64,000 nucleotides of DNA. Origin: a virus. A program made the translations under genes and the position numbers. Position 1 is the first letter of the stretch, and each line of letters starts with the position of its first letter. The notes under the pieces were generated by a model. The model was not told the DNA's origin and ran no database searches. It was given only the letters and a program-made list of their open reading frames with translations. The stretch lies in the UHGV virus genome UHGV-1378516; one strand, written 5' to 3'. Below are positions 25,458 through 34,979 of this stretch, piece after piece.

Positions 25458-25480
25458 TGAAAAAGGCTCCCGAAGGAGCC
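25458..25480 (-). terminator. rho-independent terminator
   Basis: Hairpin GGCTCCTTCGGGAGCC followed by T-run on minus strand. Confidence 0.65.
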
Positions 25481-25492
25481 TGTATCTTAACC

Positions 25493-25972
25493 TTAACCGA
25501 GGACTTTAGCAAGGATATTTGCAGCCATCGAAGAAGCTTTTGCAGCAGCAACTACGCCAGCTTTGACAGTGCTATCCTTAATAGCAGATACCGTTGCAGC
25601 ATCAGTAAAGAGATAAGTGATTGTTTTGGAACCACTTGTAAAGGAAAGCATAAGAGTAGTTTCCAGATTGAAAGAGCGATACGGAGCACCTTCTTTAACG
25701 ATACCTTCAGCACCTAACTCTGAAGCCTTACCCATATCATAGATAGTCATCAGGTTTTCTTTGTGTGCAGTCGTTGAACCAACACCTTTTACGTGCTTCT
25801 TAACGTTCAACAATGCACGATATTCACGAATGCTGCCATCAGCTTTTACATTAACAGCACGGAAAATTTTACCTTCAAAGTTACCTTGAATCATTTTACG
25901 AACTACTTCAGATTTGTTTGCCGTATCATCCAGTGCTACCGTAATGATATTGTTCATAAGTTTTTCTCTCAA
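25493..25972 (-). CDS. hypothetical protein (159 aa)
   Basis: ORF track. Confidence 0.45.
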   Translation of the reverse strand: MREKLMNNIITVALDDTANKSEVVRKMIQGNFEGKIFRAVNVKADGSIREYRALLNVKKHVKGVGSTTAHKENLMTIYDMGKASELGAEGIVKEGAPYRSFNLETTLMLSFTSGSKTITYLFTDAATVSAIKDSTVKAGVVAAAKASSMAANILAKVLG

Positions 25973-26664
25973 TGTTTAACTAACATGGTTTTAATGTGTG
26001 GAAGGATTCTGTTTACCTTCTGAACATTCTTCTCTGTATCTTCTATAAAGCATACTATATTAAAGTAAGGAAGAATGCAAGACTGAATCATCCTCACTTT
26101 CAAACTTTCTGCACTTATAGAGTTAGTTCCAAAACCACGCATAAAAAGCAAGTAATCATGCTCTATATTGTGCCTTAAAAACATCTCAGTAGGTATTCTC
26201 TGAGATTCACCTCTTGCTGTCAAGAGTCCAACTGCTGCATGATTTGCAATTGCATCAATAATGTTGAAAACATATGTTGGTTTTGCTCTTACAGAATCAA
26301 GAAGATTAGTGTACTGTGAGAATGACCCATCAGTCAATTCCGTTGAGCAATCTTCGTGATTAAAATTTGTAAGAACACCATCAATATCTGCTAAGATGAG
26401 GTTACCTTTTTCTACAAGGTCTTTATTGACTATCACTAAACTATCACGCCTTACACCTATAGCTTGTCCAGTCTCTTTGTCCACAACGTTCACAATGGGT
26501 TCTGATGTGTGGAACTCTTCAAGTGAACATACAACCTCTCTTGCAGTGTCTTCAAAATCTCTGCACTGTTCTGGAGTCCATACACAGGAATCAAGACCTA
26601 ACTCATGAGGATGCAAGTCATAAGCGTGGCACAGGACTTCATCAGACTTTCTTAATTTTTTCAT
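25969..26664 (-). CDS. HAD-superfamily phosphatase-like protein (possible nucleotidase)
   Basis: Motif I-like LILADIDGVLT and downstream GLLTAR / IEDTEKN elements. Confidence 0.4.
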   Translation of the reverse strand: MKKLRKSDEVLCHAYDLHPHELGLDSCVWTPEQCRDFEDTAREVVCSLEEFHTSEPIVNVVDKETGQAIGVRRDSLVIVNKDLVEKGNLILADIDGVLTNFNHEDCSTELTDGSFSQYTNLLDSVRAKPTYVFNIIDAIANHAAVGLLTARGESQRIPTEMFLRHNIEHDYLLFMRGFGTNSISAESLKVRMIQSCILPYFNIVCFIEDTEKNVQKVNRILPHIKTMLVKH

Positions 26665-27190
26665 GATTTACCTTAGAAATGTTTGTTGCAAATTCACATT
26701 GAGCGATAACTTTCATATTGTTATAGACATCTTGAGAGTATTTCTTAGCTTTAGGGATTTTGTACGAATACCCAGCATTATATGATGCTAAAACTTTTTG
26801 TAAAGTCTTCTTTGACTTTGGGTGACCATGTACCTTCGTCCAAAACTCAAGCTCTTTATGTGTTTCTTTTGCGGCATAGTCAAAATCTTTTAAGAGTTTC
26901 TTTTTAGCAACATTAGGACTAATTTTGTTACGCTTTACAACAGTCTTCAAGTGATTCTGGAAGATACCGTAGTCATGGGTCTTTTTATTTTCTACCTTCA
27001 GACCTAACTCTGACTCTTGTAAGGCTATAGCTGCTAGAGTGATACCCCAACCTTTACCCATGTTATTCTCACCATACTGGTAAGCTTTTAACATGTTCAC
27101 TTTTTGGCTAATTGATAGCTCTGGGCAGTCAACTGCATAAGATAAGTGTGCTGTAAACATTAAGCACAAACCTAGAATCAATTTCTTCAT
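26642..27190 (-). CDS. secreted lytic-transglycosylase-like (SLT domain) protein
   Basis: Cleavable-looking signal peptide MKKLILGLCLMFTAHLSYA; AIALQESELG...YGIFQ resembles SLT catalytic region. Confidence 0.45.
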   Translation of the reverse strand: MKKLILGLCLMFTAHLSYAVDCPELSISQKVNMLKAYQYGENNMGKGWGITLAAIALQESELGLKVENKKTHDYGIFQNHLKTVVKRNKISPNVAKKKLLKDFDYAAKETHKELEFWTKVHGHPKSKKTLQKVLASYNAGYSYKIPKAKKYSQDVYNNMKVIAQCEFATNISKVNHEKIKKV

Positions 27191-27246
27191 TGGTTCTCCT
27201 GTTTAGTTTATCGTGACAACAATTATACAGCACTCTGCACAAAATA

Positions 27247-27274
27247 CAAATAAAAAAGGCCGCCGAAGCAGCCT
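27247..27274 (-). terminator. rho-independent terminator
   Basis: Hairpin GGCTGCTTCGGCGGCC followed by TTTTTTATTT on minus strand. Confidence 0.6.
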
Positions 27275-27290
27275 TTTAAGAAATTACTTA

Positions 27291-28400
27291 TTAGATTTCA
27301 CGTTTACGTTGAGAGATAAGTTCACCAGCAGTGCCAACGATGACATGCAAAGCTTCAGTCTTACCGTCCCATGCTTCCAGCACTTTACGTTGATTATCAA
27401 CGATTGCTGCAACTTCATAACGAGAGGAACGCATCTTCATATCGTTGTAATCAGTTGGAACAGATACAACATCTCGTGGGTGGACACGAACTTTCAGGAT
27501 TGTATCACCTGAGAAGCTGCGAACATAATCCCAAGCACCAACATGAAGACCTTGAGAGCAAGTCACGTTACGGTTATTATCAACCATCCAACGTGGCATC
27601 TCTACAATGTTACCCAAATCGTTAGGAACTTTGTAGGTGTGGGAGTCAACCAGCTTACCTTCACGAGTAGAGACTTTCTTCCAACCAATGATGTAGCCTT
27701 CTTCATCAATCTCAACATCGAGATGAGATACGAATCCCCAAAGCTGTTCTACAGAGTCTTTTGATGGGTTTTCCATCAGTTTTTCGAAGAACATTACAAG
27801 TCGTTCAAAACCTTTATCACCAGTCTTCATCATGTGAAGAATACGGTCAACCAGAGTAGAACGCATCTCAACAGCACCGTAGAAGAGCTTGTCACCTTTG
27901 ATTGTGATAGCACCCTGAGTGAAGTTTTCGATAGACTTACGAATGTTCATCAGTTCAAATGCTTTCTTGAACTCACCTTTCACAACATGAACTACAATCT
28001 CTTGATAGTTTGGATGAGTAGACTCAACAATTTCAGATTCTGAACCATAAGTCATAATTACAGAATCACCAGTAATCATGTACTCAATCTTGTCATCTTT
28101 CTGCATAGCTTCGTGCAGTTTATTTACTGGAGCTTTCTGTACAGTGTCTTTAACGACCTTTTCAACTGGTTTGCCAGCTTTCTTTTTAAAAGTCTTAGCA
28201 ACTTGTTTCAAAGTCTTCGTAGCTGGTGTAGAAGTTACCTTTTTATTCCCTTTTAGGGTTGCTTCATGACGCTCTACAGCACGACCAACTGAACGGGTTG
28301 AAGTGTTAAATTTCTGTGCAATAGCTGTTTTGGTCAGCTTACCTTCTTTAACCAGTTTGTAAATTTCTGCGTCAATCTGTGCTTTAGTTTTAGTAGTCAT
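27291..28400 (-). CDS. rIIB: rIIB-like protein (assignment by position next to rIIA-like gene; N-terminal HTH-like segment)
   Basis: 369-aa ORF immediately downstream of rIIA-like gene. Confidence 0.35.
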   Translation of the reverse strand: MTTKTKAQIDAEIYKLVKEGKLTKTAIAQKFNTSTRSVGRAVERHEATLKGNKKVTSTPATKTLKQVAKTFKKKAGKPVEKVVKDTVQKAPVNKLHEAMQKDDKIEYMITGDSVIMTYGSESEIVESTHPNYQEIVVHVVKGEFKKAFELMNIRKSIENFTQGAITIKGDKLFYGAVEMRSTLVDRILHMMKTGDKGFERLVMFFEKLMENPSKDSVEQLWGFVSHLDVEIDEEGYIIGWKKVSTREGKLVDSHTYKVPNDLGNIVEMPRWMVDNNRNVTCSQGLHVGAWDYVRSFSGDTILKVRVHPRDVVSVPTDYNDMKMRSSRYEVAAIVDNQRKVLEAWDGKTEALHVIVGTAGELISQRKREI

Positions 28401-28479
28401 CTTATTACTCTCTCTTGTTAGTTAATCAATCAATTTGTGAGGCTATTTTAAGGGGCTTTGAAGCCCCTTGTCAAACACT

Positions 28480-30846
28480 TTAATCGTAAATTGTAGTCCC
28501 TTCTGGAACACACTTCACATCAAAGCCTAAAAACTTACTCACTTCGATAGGTGATACTTTATTCCAATCTAAGTGTGAAAGCAAGAAGTTTTCTTGTTTT
28601 CTTTTTGAAAGATAGTTTGTCAGCTTAATAACCATGCGGTCACCAGCTTTCTTAATCTTTTTGTACAGTTTTGTGTCATTATCAAGGCATGACTTCAAAT
28701 CCTGAAGAACACTGATAGTGTAAGTGTATGCAAACGGTGCAGCCACATACTGAATCTTACCGAACATTGCCTCAACAGCATCTTCATTCCCTTCTAAGAA
28801 GATTGTCTTAATAGTATCCCTTGAATAACAATACCCACGAGAAATCTTCCTGTTATTAAACGTAAAGTTTCTGGCAATAATCCAACTGCTTGTAAGGTCA
28901 AGGACACCATTCATATAGATACGTGTCATATATCTGTTATGGTTAATCCAGTGAACATCAGTTAAGCTGTCATTCAAGAGTTTCTCATCTACTTCAATCC
29001 AATCTTCTGGTATCTTTTTCCAATTTGCTTTTCGGAAAACATAGACTGTCTTACCTGTAACATTAGCAACTGACTTAGCTACATCTTCTGGAGATGAGCA
29101 AAAACATCTACCATCAACTGTGTCACCAACTGCCTTAATGTAAAGTTGAGGTTCTTCAATTGTGTCTAAGTCTTCTGACACCTCTTTGTATGAAGCTACA
29201 GATTCTGCTGGAACAGCTTTCCATAGTTTTACAACACCTCTCACAGCCTCTTTACGCTGATAATGATGCTCCTTATCAGACATTTTCACAATCTTTAACA
29301 AGCTTTTATCAAGTTTGTGTAGATTGATTAAATCATCTAACTCTTTTTCAGTCGAGAATACAAACACAATACCATTGTATCTGTGGAACAGGCCTGACTC
29401 GTTAGCGTAGTCTCGACATGCACCACGCAAGATTTGATTTCGTCCTACAGTCTTCTCAGTACCGTTTTTATTGCGACGGTCATTAATCACGAACAAAAAC
29501 TGTTCAATTTGGCTTTTACGCATTGCACCAAAGATATTGAACATGCTTGCCTCTTGAGTGTAGGAAAGTGCTGTTGCACGAATCTTACTCTCTAAAGAGT
29601 TGAACTTGACATAAGCAACTGGGTCATAAAGATAATCTACTTTAGGGATATTGTTCCCGTTCCTATCAACCTTAATATTGCCTTTACCGTCACGTTCATA
29701 AATGACTGAGCCGTCTTCTGCGTAGATAATTCCACGACGAATGTTTAACAATTCTTCTTCCAGAGAATCAAGCTTAACGCCTCCCCACTCTAGCTTTGGA
29801 CACACAGCATTAAACATCTCTCGTGAGTTCAAACGTAACTCTGCATAAGCCTGTGCAGCATCCATGAGTGTAGGTTGGCTATTAACTTTCTTGATAACAT
29901 CCTTTGTAATTGCTTCAGTTATCTTTTTGGTAGCCTCGATGATAACATTTTTTGTCGTATCATTCATCTGCAATGCTTCACGAGAAGCTGCTATAGCAAC
30001 TGAACCAATAGGCATGTAGATGTTTACAAGGTCTACGCTCCTACGGAAAAACTCTGGCAAGACTTTGAAGAAATCATCACCAAGTAACGCTTCCATGTTC
30101 ACTGGATAGGCAATATTACCCATCACCACATTAAACTCTGTCCTGTTACCACTAGAACGCCAGCTTTGCTTATGAATCATGGCATCATAAACACCTTCTT
30201 CACGGGCAATGACGTTCATATCTGCTAATACATCGTCGTACTCAATATTACTTTCTGGTTTTACAGTGAAGTATGAGTACACATTCCCAGCTTCTTCAAA
30301 GAACTTTGAGATACGGTGGTCAGCAACTGCCACACGTACAGCTAAACCATTAGGCTCTTTTGTTGGGTTAGTTGTCAGCTTAGTTACTTGAGGGATGCCA
30401 TTCTCAAGATAAACAGAGTACTTATTAACAACACCGTCAACATAGCTAGACACTGTGAATGACTGAGCAATTGCAAATGGGGATTTTGAGCCGATACCCA
30501 TTGCACCAATGTAGTCATTAGAGTCATTCTTCGTAGAAGCCCCGTAGTTTAGGTACAAACTCATAACTTTATCATGAGTCAATCCAGTTCCAAAATCACG
30601 AACTTCAAAGTAAGGCTCAAAACGAGTAGGTAAATGCACATGGAACGGAATGTTCTCTTTTCCAGCTTCTTTCTGAGCATCTACTGCGTTACATGACAGT
30701 TCACGAATCACTGCCCTTTCTTTAAAGGTATATACACCAGAACTCAAAAGGCTGAACATCTCAGGTGTCATTGTAATCTGTGCTTGAGACGTCTCTAAAG
30801 AAGTTGAACTCTTAATCACTTCTGCGTGGTCATTTACCATGCGCAT
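28480..30846 (-). CDS. rIIA: rIIA-like protein with N-terminal GHKL (histidine-kinase-like) ATPase domain
   Basis: GHKL N-box RELSCNAVDA, G1 box VRDFGTGL, G2 box GAMGIGSKS; 788 aa. Confidence 0.55.
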   Translation of the reverse strand: MRMVNDHAEVIKSSTSLETSQAQITMTPEMFSLLSSGVYTFKERAVIRELSCNAVDAQKEAGKENIPFHVHLPTRFEPYFEVRDFGTGLTHDKVMSLYLNYGASTKNDSNDYIGAMGIGSKSPFAIAQSFTVSSYVDGVVNKYSVYLENGIPQVTKLTTNPTKEPNGLAVRVAVADHRISKFFEEAGNVYSYFTVKPESNIEYDDVLADMNVIAREEGVYDAMIHKQSWRSSGNRTEFNVVMGNIAYPVNMEALLGDDFFKVLPEFFRRSVDLVNIYMPIGSVAIAASREALQMNDTTKNVIIEATKKITEAITKDVIKKVNSQPTLMDAAQAYAELRLNSREMFNAVCPKLEWGGVKLDSLEEELLNIRRGIIYAEDGSVIYERDGKGNIKVDRNGNNIPKVDYLYDPVAYVKFNSLESKIRATALSYTQEASMFNIFGAMRKSQIEQFLFVINDRRNKNGTEKTVGRNQILRGACRDYANESGLFHRYNGIVFVFSTEKELDDLINLHKLDKSLLKIVKMSDKEHHYQRKEAVRGVVKLWKAVPAESVASYKEVSEDLDTIEEPQLYIKAVGDTVDGRCFCSSPEDVAKSVANVTGKTVYVFRKANWKKIPEDWIEVDEKLLNDSLTDVHWINHNRYMTRIYMNGVLDLTSSWIIARNFTFNNRKISRGYCYSRDTIKTIFLEGNEDAVEAMFGKIQYVAAPFAYTYTISVLQDLKSCLDNDTKLYKKIKKAGDRMVIKLTNYLSKRKQENFLLSHLDWNKVSPIEVSKFLGFDVKCVPEGTTIYD

Positions 30847-30874
30847 AATACTTTCCTCTTAGTTTACTGTTAAA

Positions 30875-31051
30875 TTACTTATTAAACATTTTACCAGAAC
30901 CGCCACACATAGGGCAACAACCTGCTCTTGTATAGCCTTCTCCATTACAGTAGTCACATTTTTTGTGCTCTGCATAGTACTTGCAAAGAAGGTAAACAAA
31001 CACTGCTACACTACCAAGTGACAGTAAAATTTCTATCCAATATGCTTGCAT
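30875..31051 (-). CDS. small membrane zinc-ribbon protein (58 aa), not in ORF track
   Basis: ATG with GAGGTGAG RBS; translation MQAYWIEILLSLGSVAVFVYLLCKYYAEHKKCDYCNGEGYTRAGCCPMCGGSGKMFNK. Confidence 0.4.
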   Translation of the reverse strand: MQAYWIEILLSLGSVAVFVYLLCKYYAEHKKCDYCNGEGYTRAGCCPMCGGSGKMFNK

Positions 31052-31368
31052 GACTCACCTCTCATATTCTTGTAAAGGATAAAGCTTCTGTCATGGACGA
31101 TACTTGTAGATACTGCAAAGTTACTTTCAAGCATCTGTTTGTTTGGATTGTAGAAGCTTTCTTTAAACTCGTCAAGTGCAAATTGGTGATTGTCTGGAAG
31201 ACCTTTTACACACACCTTTATTGTGATTGCTGCTGCAATCTTGCCAGTCAGTTCTTCTTTAGCTGCTACTAAGATTTTATTGAGGAACTTATGACCATTT
31301 TCAGGTTTCTTGATGTTCTCCCAACGCTCTTCTAAGACAATGTTGATGTTCATCTCTTTGATTTTCAT
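31033..31368 (-). CDS. hypothetical protein (111 aa)
   Basis: ORF track. Confidence 0.5.
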   Translation of the reverse strand: MKIKEMNINIVLEERWENIKKPENGHKFLNKILVAAKEELTGKIAAAITIKVCVKGLPDNHQFALDEFKESFYNPNKQMLESNFAVSTSIVHDRSFILYKNMRGESCKHIG

Positions 31369-31383
31369 AATTTTCTCCAGAAA

Positions 31384-31406
31384 TTAAAAAGGCTCCCGTA
31401 GGAGCC
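31384..31406 (-). terminator. rho-independent terminator downstream of NAMPT-family gene
   Basis: Hairpin GGCTCCTACGGGAGCC + T-run on minus strand. Confidence 0.65.
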
Positions 31407-31421
31407 TCTTATCATATACTT

Positions 31422-33203
31422 TTAAAGTTGCTTGTCAATATTATTTCGAATATCACCAAGAGTTGTGTAGCCGAACTGCTCAGAGTCGCTAAAGACTAAA
31501 CGTAAAGCACAAGCTGGATGCTCAAGTGCATCTGCAAAACTCTGGAATCCATAGCCATCTACAGCTTTCAGGTTCTCACCATCCCACATAGGGGCTACAC
31601 CACCAAAAGCAGACTTCTTAATACCACTGTCTGTTTTAGGGTCTTTTGCAAGCATAATCTCTTTACCACCAATACTTGCAAGAGTTGCTTTGACAGCAAA
31701 TGCAAAGGTGTCACGAGTCATGTACTGGTAAGTGTAAGAACCTACACCAAACACTACGTTAGAGCTTGCAAAACCCATTTCATACAAACGCTTCAGGATT
31801 TCGTTTGCACGTTCCAACGTGATAGAGTCACCATAGATAAGGCCAATGTGCTCATCCAGTACCTTAAACCCTTTAGAGTTGATAGTTCCTCCAAAGATGT
31901 TATACAGTGTCTTGATAGCTCCATCAATCTCCGCTACAGGACGTGTTACAACGTTTGCAGAACCAACCATATAAGCATTTTTCAACATCACTGTATCAGC
32001 AACTTCAAAGTCTTCTCTGTCAACAACCATTTCGTAACCTTCTGACAGTAGCCATCCAGCAATACCATAATTGATGTTTTCAAGCTTCATGTTCAGAACA
32101 GCATTCAGCATTGTGTCGCTGGCTTCCAGCTTACTTAGGTGTTCGTAATAAGCCTTTTTAGCACACTCTAAATGGATTGCTTTGTATCCTGTGACAATAT
32201 GTACAGGGTCTCCAGAATCAGGACGAATTACCAGTTTGCCATCACGTTCCATAATCTCTTTACGGAGTTCTGGCAATATGACTGATACAGTTCTCCAGAA
32301 GTTATAAGTATCTGAAACAACACTTGCAATACCAGTTGGGTAAGTTTCTGTTAAGAAACGACGGAAGGTTTGTAACTCACCTTTAAAGCGTCTTTCTTCT
32401 TCAATCAACTCGTTACCACCTTCCCAAGCAATGTTTGCACACATTACAGAATGTTCAGTGGCTGGTACAGAACTACCAATATCAGAGATTTGGTAGGACT
32501 GTCCATAGATGCGTTTAGCTGTATACACAGCAGGGAAGCTATCAGTCCCTTTAAAGCTTGTTAAGTGACCTACAGCGTTAAATGCGTCATCAGTAAAGCC
32601 GGACATACCACGCATAGCAAAATCATGGCACTGATAAGGTAAATGTAAGTCATTGTCACAAGTAAGGTCAGCCCACTTCTTACAGATGCGTTTGTAATGC
32701 AATGCAATAGTTGCAATGGTGCAAGCCTTCCAAATTTCAGCAGAGAAAGCATCTTCCAGATAACCTGCTACCCAATGAAAACCTGAAACAGTGTTCTGAA
32801 AGACAATCATCGGGACACGCATTGGAACAACTGTGCCTTCTTCTACAGCGTATACTTCAACTGGTAGATAACCTAAGTCGTGAAGTGCTTCCCAATGCTC
32901 TCGACCGATAGCATCTTTACCCAGAACACCATTCATGACTTCTAAGATTTCATCAATGGCTTCTTTTTTATCACGTTCAAAGAAAGTGGCATTCCAGTGG
33001 TCTATCAAGTAATCTTTAACAAAACGTTGAATACCAAAAGCCACTACACCGTCAATTGCTAAAGGGCTGTTAAACCATTTATCACTACGTGGTGTTAGGT
33101 TGAACATCAAGTACTCTGTTGCGCTAGGATACTGGTAAACATGACCAGATTTGTAAGCATCTGCATTTAAACCTGCTGGTACTGCATAAAGTGATTTAGT
33201 CAT
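31422..33203 (-). CDS. NAMPT-family phosphoribosyltransferase; best interpreted as Namat (nicotinamide ADP-ribose transferase) of NARP1
   Basis: 593-aa ORF; N-terminus MTKSLYAVPAGLNADAYKSGHVYQYP typical of NAMPT/NadV family; adjacent Prs-family gene. Confidence 0.7.
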   Translation of the reverse strand: MTKSLYAVPAGLNADAYKSGHVYQYPSATEYLMFNLTPRSDKWFNSPLAIDGVVAFGIQRFVKDYLIDHWNATFFERDKKEAIDEILEVMNGVLGKDAIGREHWEALHDLGYLPVEVYAVEEGTVVPMRVPMIVFQNTVSGFHWVAGYLEDAFSAEIWKACTIATIALHYKRICKKWADLTCDNDLHLPYQCHDFAMRGMSGFTDDAFNAVGHLTSFKGTDSFPAVYTAKRIYGQSYQISDIGSSVPATEHSVMCANIAWEGGNELIEEERRFKGELQTFRRFLTETYPTGIASVVSDTYNFWRTVSVILPELRKEIMERDGKLVIRPDSGDPVHIVTGYKAIHLECAKKAYYEHLSKLEASDTMLNAVLNMKLENINYGIAGWLLSEGYEMVVDREDFEVADTVMLKNAYMVGSANVVTRPVAEIDGAIKTLYNIFGGTINSKGFKVLDEHIGLIYGDSITLERANEILKRLYEMGFASSNVVFGVGSYTYQYMTRDTFAFAVKATLASIGGKEIMLAKDPKTDSGIKKSAFGGVAPMWDGENLKAVDGYGFQSFADALEHPACALRLVFSDSEQFGYTTLGDIRNNIDKQL

Positions 33204-33248
33204 CTTTTAATCTCTCTCAAAATGGGGCTTGGAAGCCCCTATAAAGTT

Positions 33249-34145
33249 TTAATCAAGGTTTGCTACAGTAACTTGGCTATAATGTGTTAAGCCACGGTCT
33301 TTAGCTTCCCCTAAAGAGTTTGTAGTGTAGATATGGTCAATGCCATTGTCAAGCAAGTTTTCAACATCTTTAGAGAAGATACCATGTGTTACATAGAGTT
33401 CCACACGTTTTGCACCTGCTTCACGAAGATGCTTAGCTGCTTCTATGAAGGTTCGACCACCATCACAGATATCATCCAGAATCATGACGGTTTTATCTGT
33501 CAAATCAACATCATCAAGGATTCGCATACCAGTAATTTCACCAGTCTTAAGGTTACGCACCTTAGACATTGTGATATATGGTTTATCCACCTCTTTAGCG
33601 GTCTCTGCAACCTTCTTAGCAGCACCTGCATCTGGGGCTACTAAGTAATCAACCAGTGGGTCATTTGCATAGTGGACTGCAATTTCCTTTTGAGGAATAC
33701 TCTGGAAGCAGTTAAACAGGTTATCTGGAACGTAACTGTGAGGGTCAACTGCACAGACTGCACCAAATCCCATTGCATTTACCTGTTTAGCAAAAACCTT
33801 CAAAGCTGCTGCGTCGCCTTTAAACATGTGACGGTCATAACGTGCATTTGGTAAGTAGTAAAAGATGACAGTCTTTAAAGCATAATCATGAGGAATTAAA
33901 TCATCAATTGCTTCTTTAGCAAGTGCCACAGCAAACAATGTATCCTTATCATAACCTTTTACAATCATAATCACATTGTTTATGGATGATGCTGCATAAG
34001 CAGTGAAATCAACAAACTCTGGCGAAAAGTGTCCACCAATCTCACCAGAAGGAAATTGGATGATGTTAAACTCCTCTTCATGAGTTCCTTTAGTTGGTGA
34101 ATGAACTGTAACACGGATAGATGTTTTCATAGTTTTCTCTCTCAA
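33249..34145 (-). CDS. Prs-family (ribose-phosphate pyrophosphokinase-like) enzyme; best interpreted as Adps (ADP-ribose pyrophosphate synthetase) of NARP1
   Basis: PRPP-synthetase signatures YYLPNARYDRHMF and VMILDDICDGGRTF...VTHGIFS; no HxGH nucleotidyltransferase motif (so not NMNAT). Confidence 0.7.
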   Translation of the reverse strand: MREKTMKTSIRVTVHSPTKGTHEEEFNIIQFPSGEIGGHFSPEFVDFTAYAASSINNVIMIVKGYDKDTLFAVALAKEAIDDLIPHDYALKTVIFYYLPNARYDRHMFKGDAAALKVFAKQVNAMGFGAVCAVDPHSYVPDNLFNCFQSIPQKEIAVHYANDPLVDYLVAPDAGAAKKVAETAKEVDKPYITMSKVRNLKTGEITGMRILDDVDLTDKTVMILDDICDGGRTFIEAAKHLREAGAKRVELYVTHGIFSKDVENLLDNGIDHIYTTNSLGEAKDRGLTHYSQVTVANLD

Positions 34146-34420
34146 TCAAAAGTTACGTTTGTTACTGCCATTGCAGATTTGCATTTTGCAGGGTCTACAA
34201 CGTGATAAAGTACACTACAGTTACCTGTGCTGTCTGGTACAGGTTTAACCCATTGTTGCTTGACAGTTGGTTCGCCTAAGTCTTTGTAAGAACCATCTGT
34301 AAAGTTGTTTACCATCTCAAGTGCGATTGGCTCTGGAACATGACCACGTATCATGTACATTTCACAACCATTGCCTCCTTCACTGACTAATGGTAAAATC
34401 TCCCACTTTTCTTTAGCCAT
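34142..34420 (-). CDS. hypothetical protein (92 aa) co-transcribed downstream of Prs-family gene
   Basis: ORF track; 4-nt overlap with upstream gene. Confidence 0.45.
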   Translation of the reverse strand: MAKEKWEILPLVSEGGNGCEMYMIRGHVPEPIALEMVNNFTDGSYKDLGEPTVKQQWVKPVPDSTGNCSVLYHVVDPAKCKSAMAVTNVTFD

Positions 34421-34928
34421 TATAAGTTGCCCTATAAACTATCTCGAACTTCAACAGGAGAGATATTGCCAAATCTGTATAGTTGTTGTCAAGCACATCT
34501 GGCATATTATTTTTGATATATCTCTCTTGCTCTTCATAGGTCATCTTAGGGGCACTTAAAAGGCTATCTCCTTGCTTCTGGTTATCAGCTTTAGTCTGAA
34601 TAAACCAGTTTGCACAGTGATGTTCACCACCTTTTGTAACAGGTTTGTGGTGGCCTAATGTGAAGGATTGACTGCCTGTGTATCTGCAAAGTTTATTGAG
34701 TACTGTAATGGTGTTCTTCACAACAAAACATTCATACAGGTTGTCTATGGTGTAGTGTGGATAATATCGAAATAATGCTCTTTCACGAGTACTCTCACGA
34801 TTCCAGAGAATCATGTGATTGGAGTTGGAAGGGTCGTATTGGTGGGAGTCAATGAACTCTTGACGTTCCTCAAAACTGAGTCTTAACACTGACATTGCAG
34901 CAGAACGTTTCAGATTTGACAGATACAT
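34413..34928 (-). CDS. HNH homing-endonuclease-like protein
   Basis: HNH-type motif LGHHKPVTKGGEHHCANW. Confidence 0.5.
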   Translation of the reverse strand: MYLSNLKRSAAMSVLRLSFEERQEFIDSHQYDPSNSNHMILWNRESTRERALFRYYPHYTIDNLYECFVVKNTITVLNKLCRYTGSQSFTLGHHKPVTKGGEHHCANWFIQTKADNQKQGDSLLSAPKMTYEEQERYIKNNMPDVLDNNYTDLAISLLLKFEIVYRATYNG

Positions 34929-34979
34929 ATTATCTCCAAAATAAAAAGGGAACCTTTACAGTTCCCTTATAGTATCTGC

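Noticed and set aside
33333-33854. Plus-strand ORFs (103, 67, 60 aa) inside the Prs-family gene
   Set aside because: Antisense to a well-supported CDS; no independent signals.
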